A stretch of DNA of 64,000 nt from Lingula anatina (Eukaryota > Animalia > Brachiopoda), in contig CM120641.1 in the NCBI GenBank assembly GCA_051362555.1, positions 36,772,401-36,836,400 of the forward strand, written 5' to 3'. Numbering within the stretch: the stretch's first letter is position 1; each line of letters starts with the position of its first letter. Positions 62,345-64,000 of the stretch are shown piece after piece. The notes below the pieces were generated by a model that saw only the letters and a list, made by a program, of their open reading frames with translations, was not told the DNA's origin and ran no database searches. The position numbers and the translations under genes are program-made.

Positions 62345-62990
62345 AGGCCTACCCAACTACCAGCCTCGGCACCGAAGGATCCAAAATTCACCGGTAGATC
62401 GGATCACGCTGCCTGTTTTCAAGGTGTGTATCAGTACACACGTCGAAGTATCAGACTCGGCACCCTCTTGCCTGATATGCGATGTGATAGCGATGATTCG
62501 GAGTGGGGTTGGAAAGTAGTGCATCTCATCAAGATTTGTGCTACTGCTATTTTCTTTGTTTTATGTAATAAATCGAACAATAATGTGATTTTTTAACATA
62601 AAGTTCAGGTTTGAACATAGCCAATAATGTTATGCAGTAGTAAGTGGGTTTAAAGTCTTGCGAAAATACAGATAGATGTGTATATCCTCGCTAAACTAGA
62701 AAATCATCATAACAGTTAACATATAATCACTCGCTTTACTGTTAACGAAAAATTAATCATATGTTACTTACTGAGATTATTAAATTTTTTCACCAGCTAC
62801 ACCTGTGTCCATATTGTTGTATTCTTACAACTCCTACTTGACCAAAAACGAGGCTTGATACCCGGATTACAGGTTGAGCTTGTGGTCATCGTACAAAATT
62901 TCCTGGGGGAGGATACTGTGAAAAGCATAATGATACACATCTTGAAAACGGATAGCATTCAGTGCCGAGTCTGGTAGTTGGGTAGGCCTA
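62345..62990. repeat. Inverted duplicated segment pair
   Basis: aggcctacccaactaccagcctcggcac..gttttcaaggtgtgtatca (62345-62433) is matched on the minus strand at ~62929-62989. Confidence 0.75.
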
Positions 62991-63077
62991 AAAAAGAGCA
63001 GATTGGTTAGCCTTACCCTTAGTGGTGGTGGGATGTGACAAAACATGTATAAATCAATATGAAAGCCTGGATAAACC

Positions 63078-63116
<39 letters not shown>

Positions 63117-64000
63117 CTGACTTGAAATGTTGTCACCAAATCTCTCGAAGATGTAGAAGCTATAAAAAGCTGTATGAAAAATTTATGGTTTATAAATCGA
63201 AAGAATAGCATCATCTTATTGCACATGTCATGAGATTGTTTTGATTTTAAATAAAAAAGAGCTGTTCACAATAAGGTTTAAAATATCTGTGAAGTAAACT
63301 TGTAACAATTAGCCCCCCAAAAATGGTGTATGATTGAAACCTAAAAGATGCATGTTTTTATGAACTCATGAACTCTCCATGTTTTTCTGAGTTTAGAAGT
63401 GTTTTCATTTTTTTTGTTCCATATAAATGGACATTTTGTATCAGTGAAATGGTTTGTGTGGTGCGAGGGGGGGGGGGTATCTCACCTTGTTTCTCTCTTT
63501 GTATATTTATCATATTTTTATAAGGAAGGATGGGGGTGTTCCCTCTGCCTTTGGTATTCCAGTTTCAGGAAGATGTTTGTAAAAATAGTATTTTGTCCTT
63601 TAGATGGTCTATGATGCTCTCTTTTAGGGACTTATAAGAGTTTTAGCAGGTCTCAAATTGCACTTTTACTGCTCTGCTGTATAGATTTAATATAAGCAAA
63701 TTATCAATTTAGGTGTCTCATATATGAGAGAATGTAAGTTTATCAAATGTGAATATGTACTTACAGTTATGCTATAATCCCATTTGTTGGAGTAATTTTG
63801 AACTTTTTGGGTAGAATTATAGCTATTGATGAAAAGCATGCTATGCTAATTGCCAATTACAGACTTTCTTGGATGCCTGGTGATGCCCCAGCTCTTCTAA
63901 GAGAGTCCTAATGTAGTTACTTCTCTAATTTGTAGGTAACAGCTACCGGTAGAATAGATTGAAAAACTGCATGGGTACATAGTTTTAGAGAATAGAATCT

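Overview
AT-rich, intron-containing animal genomic DNA; an invertebrate, possibly a mollusc or other lophotrochozoan (inference). (1) 1-10471 (+): the 3' part of a multi-exon gene for an unusual neurexin/axotactin-like receptor: LamG/EGF repeats, 9 FN3, TM, a Gly/Ala/Tyr-rich linker and a cytoplasmic WD40 propeller. (2) ~12280-53778 (-): the main finding, one complex locus. Two common coding exons (no BTB domain seen) end in a phase-0 GTAAGT donor at 52385. Downstream lie 31 intact phase-0 alternative 3'-terminal exons, each encoding a different C2H2 zinc-finger pair, plus 4 related non-ZF (winged-helix-like) terminal exons, a 4-exon BEN-domain module and probable pseudo-exons. The intron after the common exon has a single ~35-45 nt 'docking' element (51107-51150). 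Partial reverse-complement copies of it ('selectors') lie upstream of nearly every alternative acceptor. This resembles a lola/mod(mdg4)-type DNA-binding-domain-swapping locus controlled by Dscam1-style competing RNA pairing. (3) 54400-64000: CpG-rich promoter-like DNA, a possible divergent spliced transcript, MITEs, tRNA-like repeat fragments and microsatellites. All exon boundaries were read by eye and are predictions.
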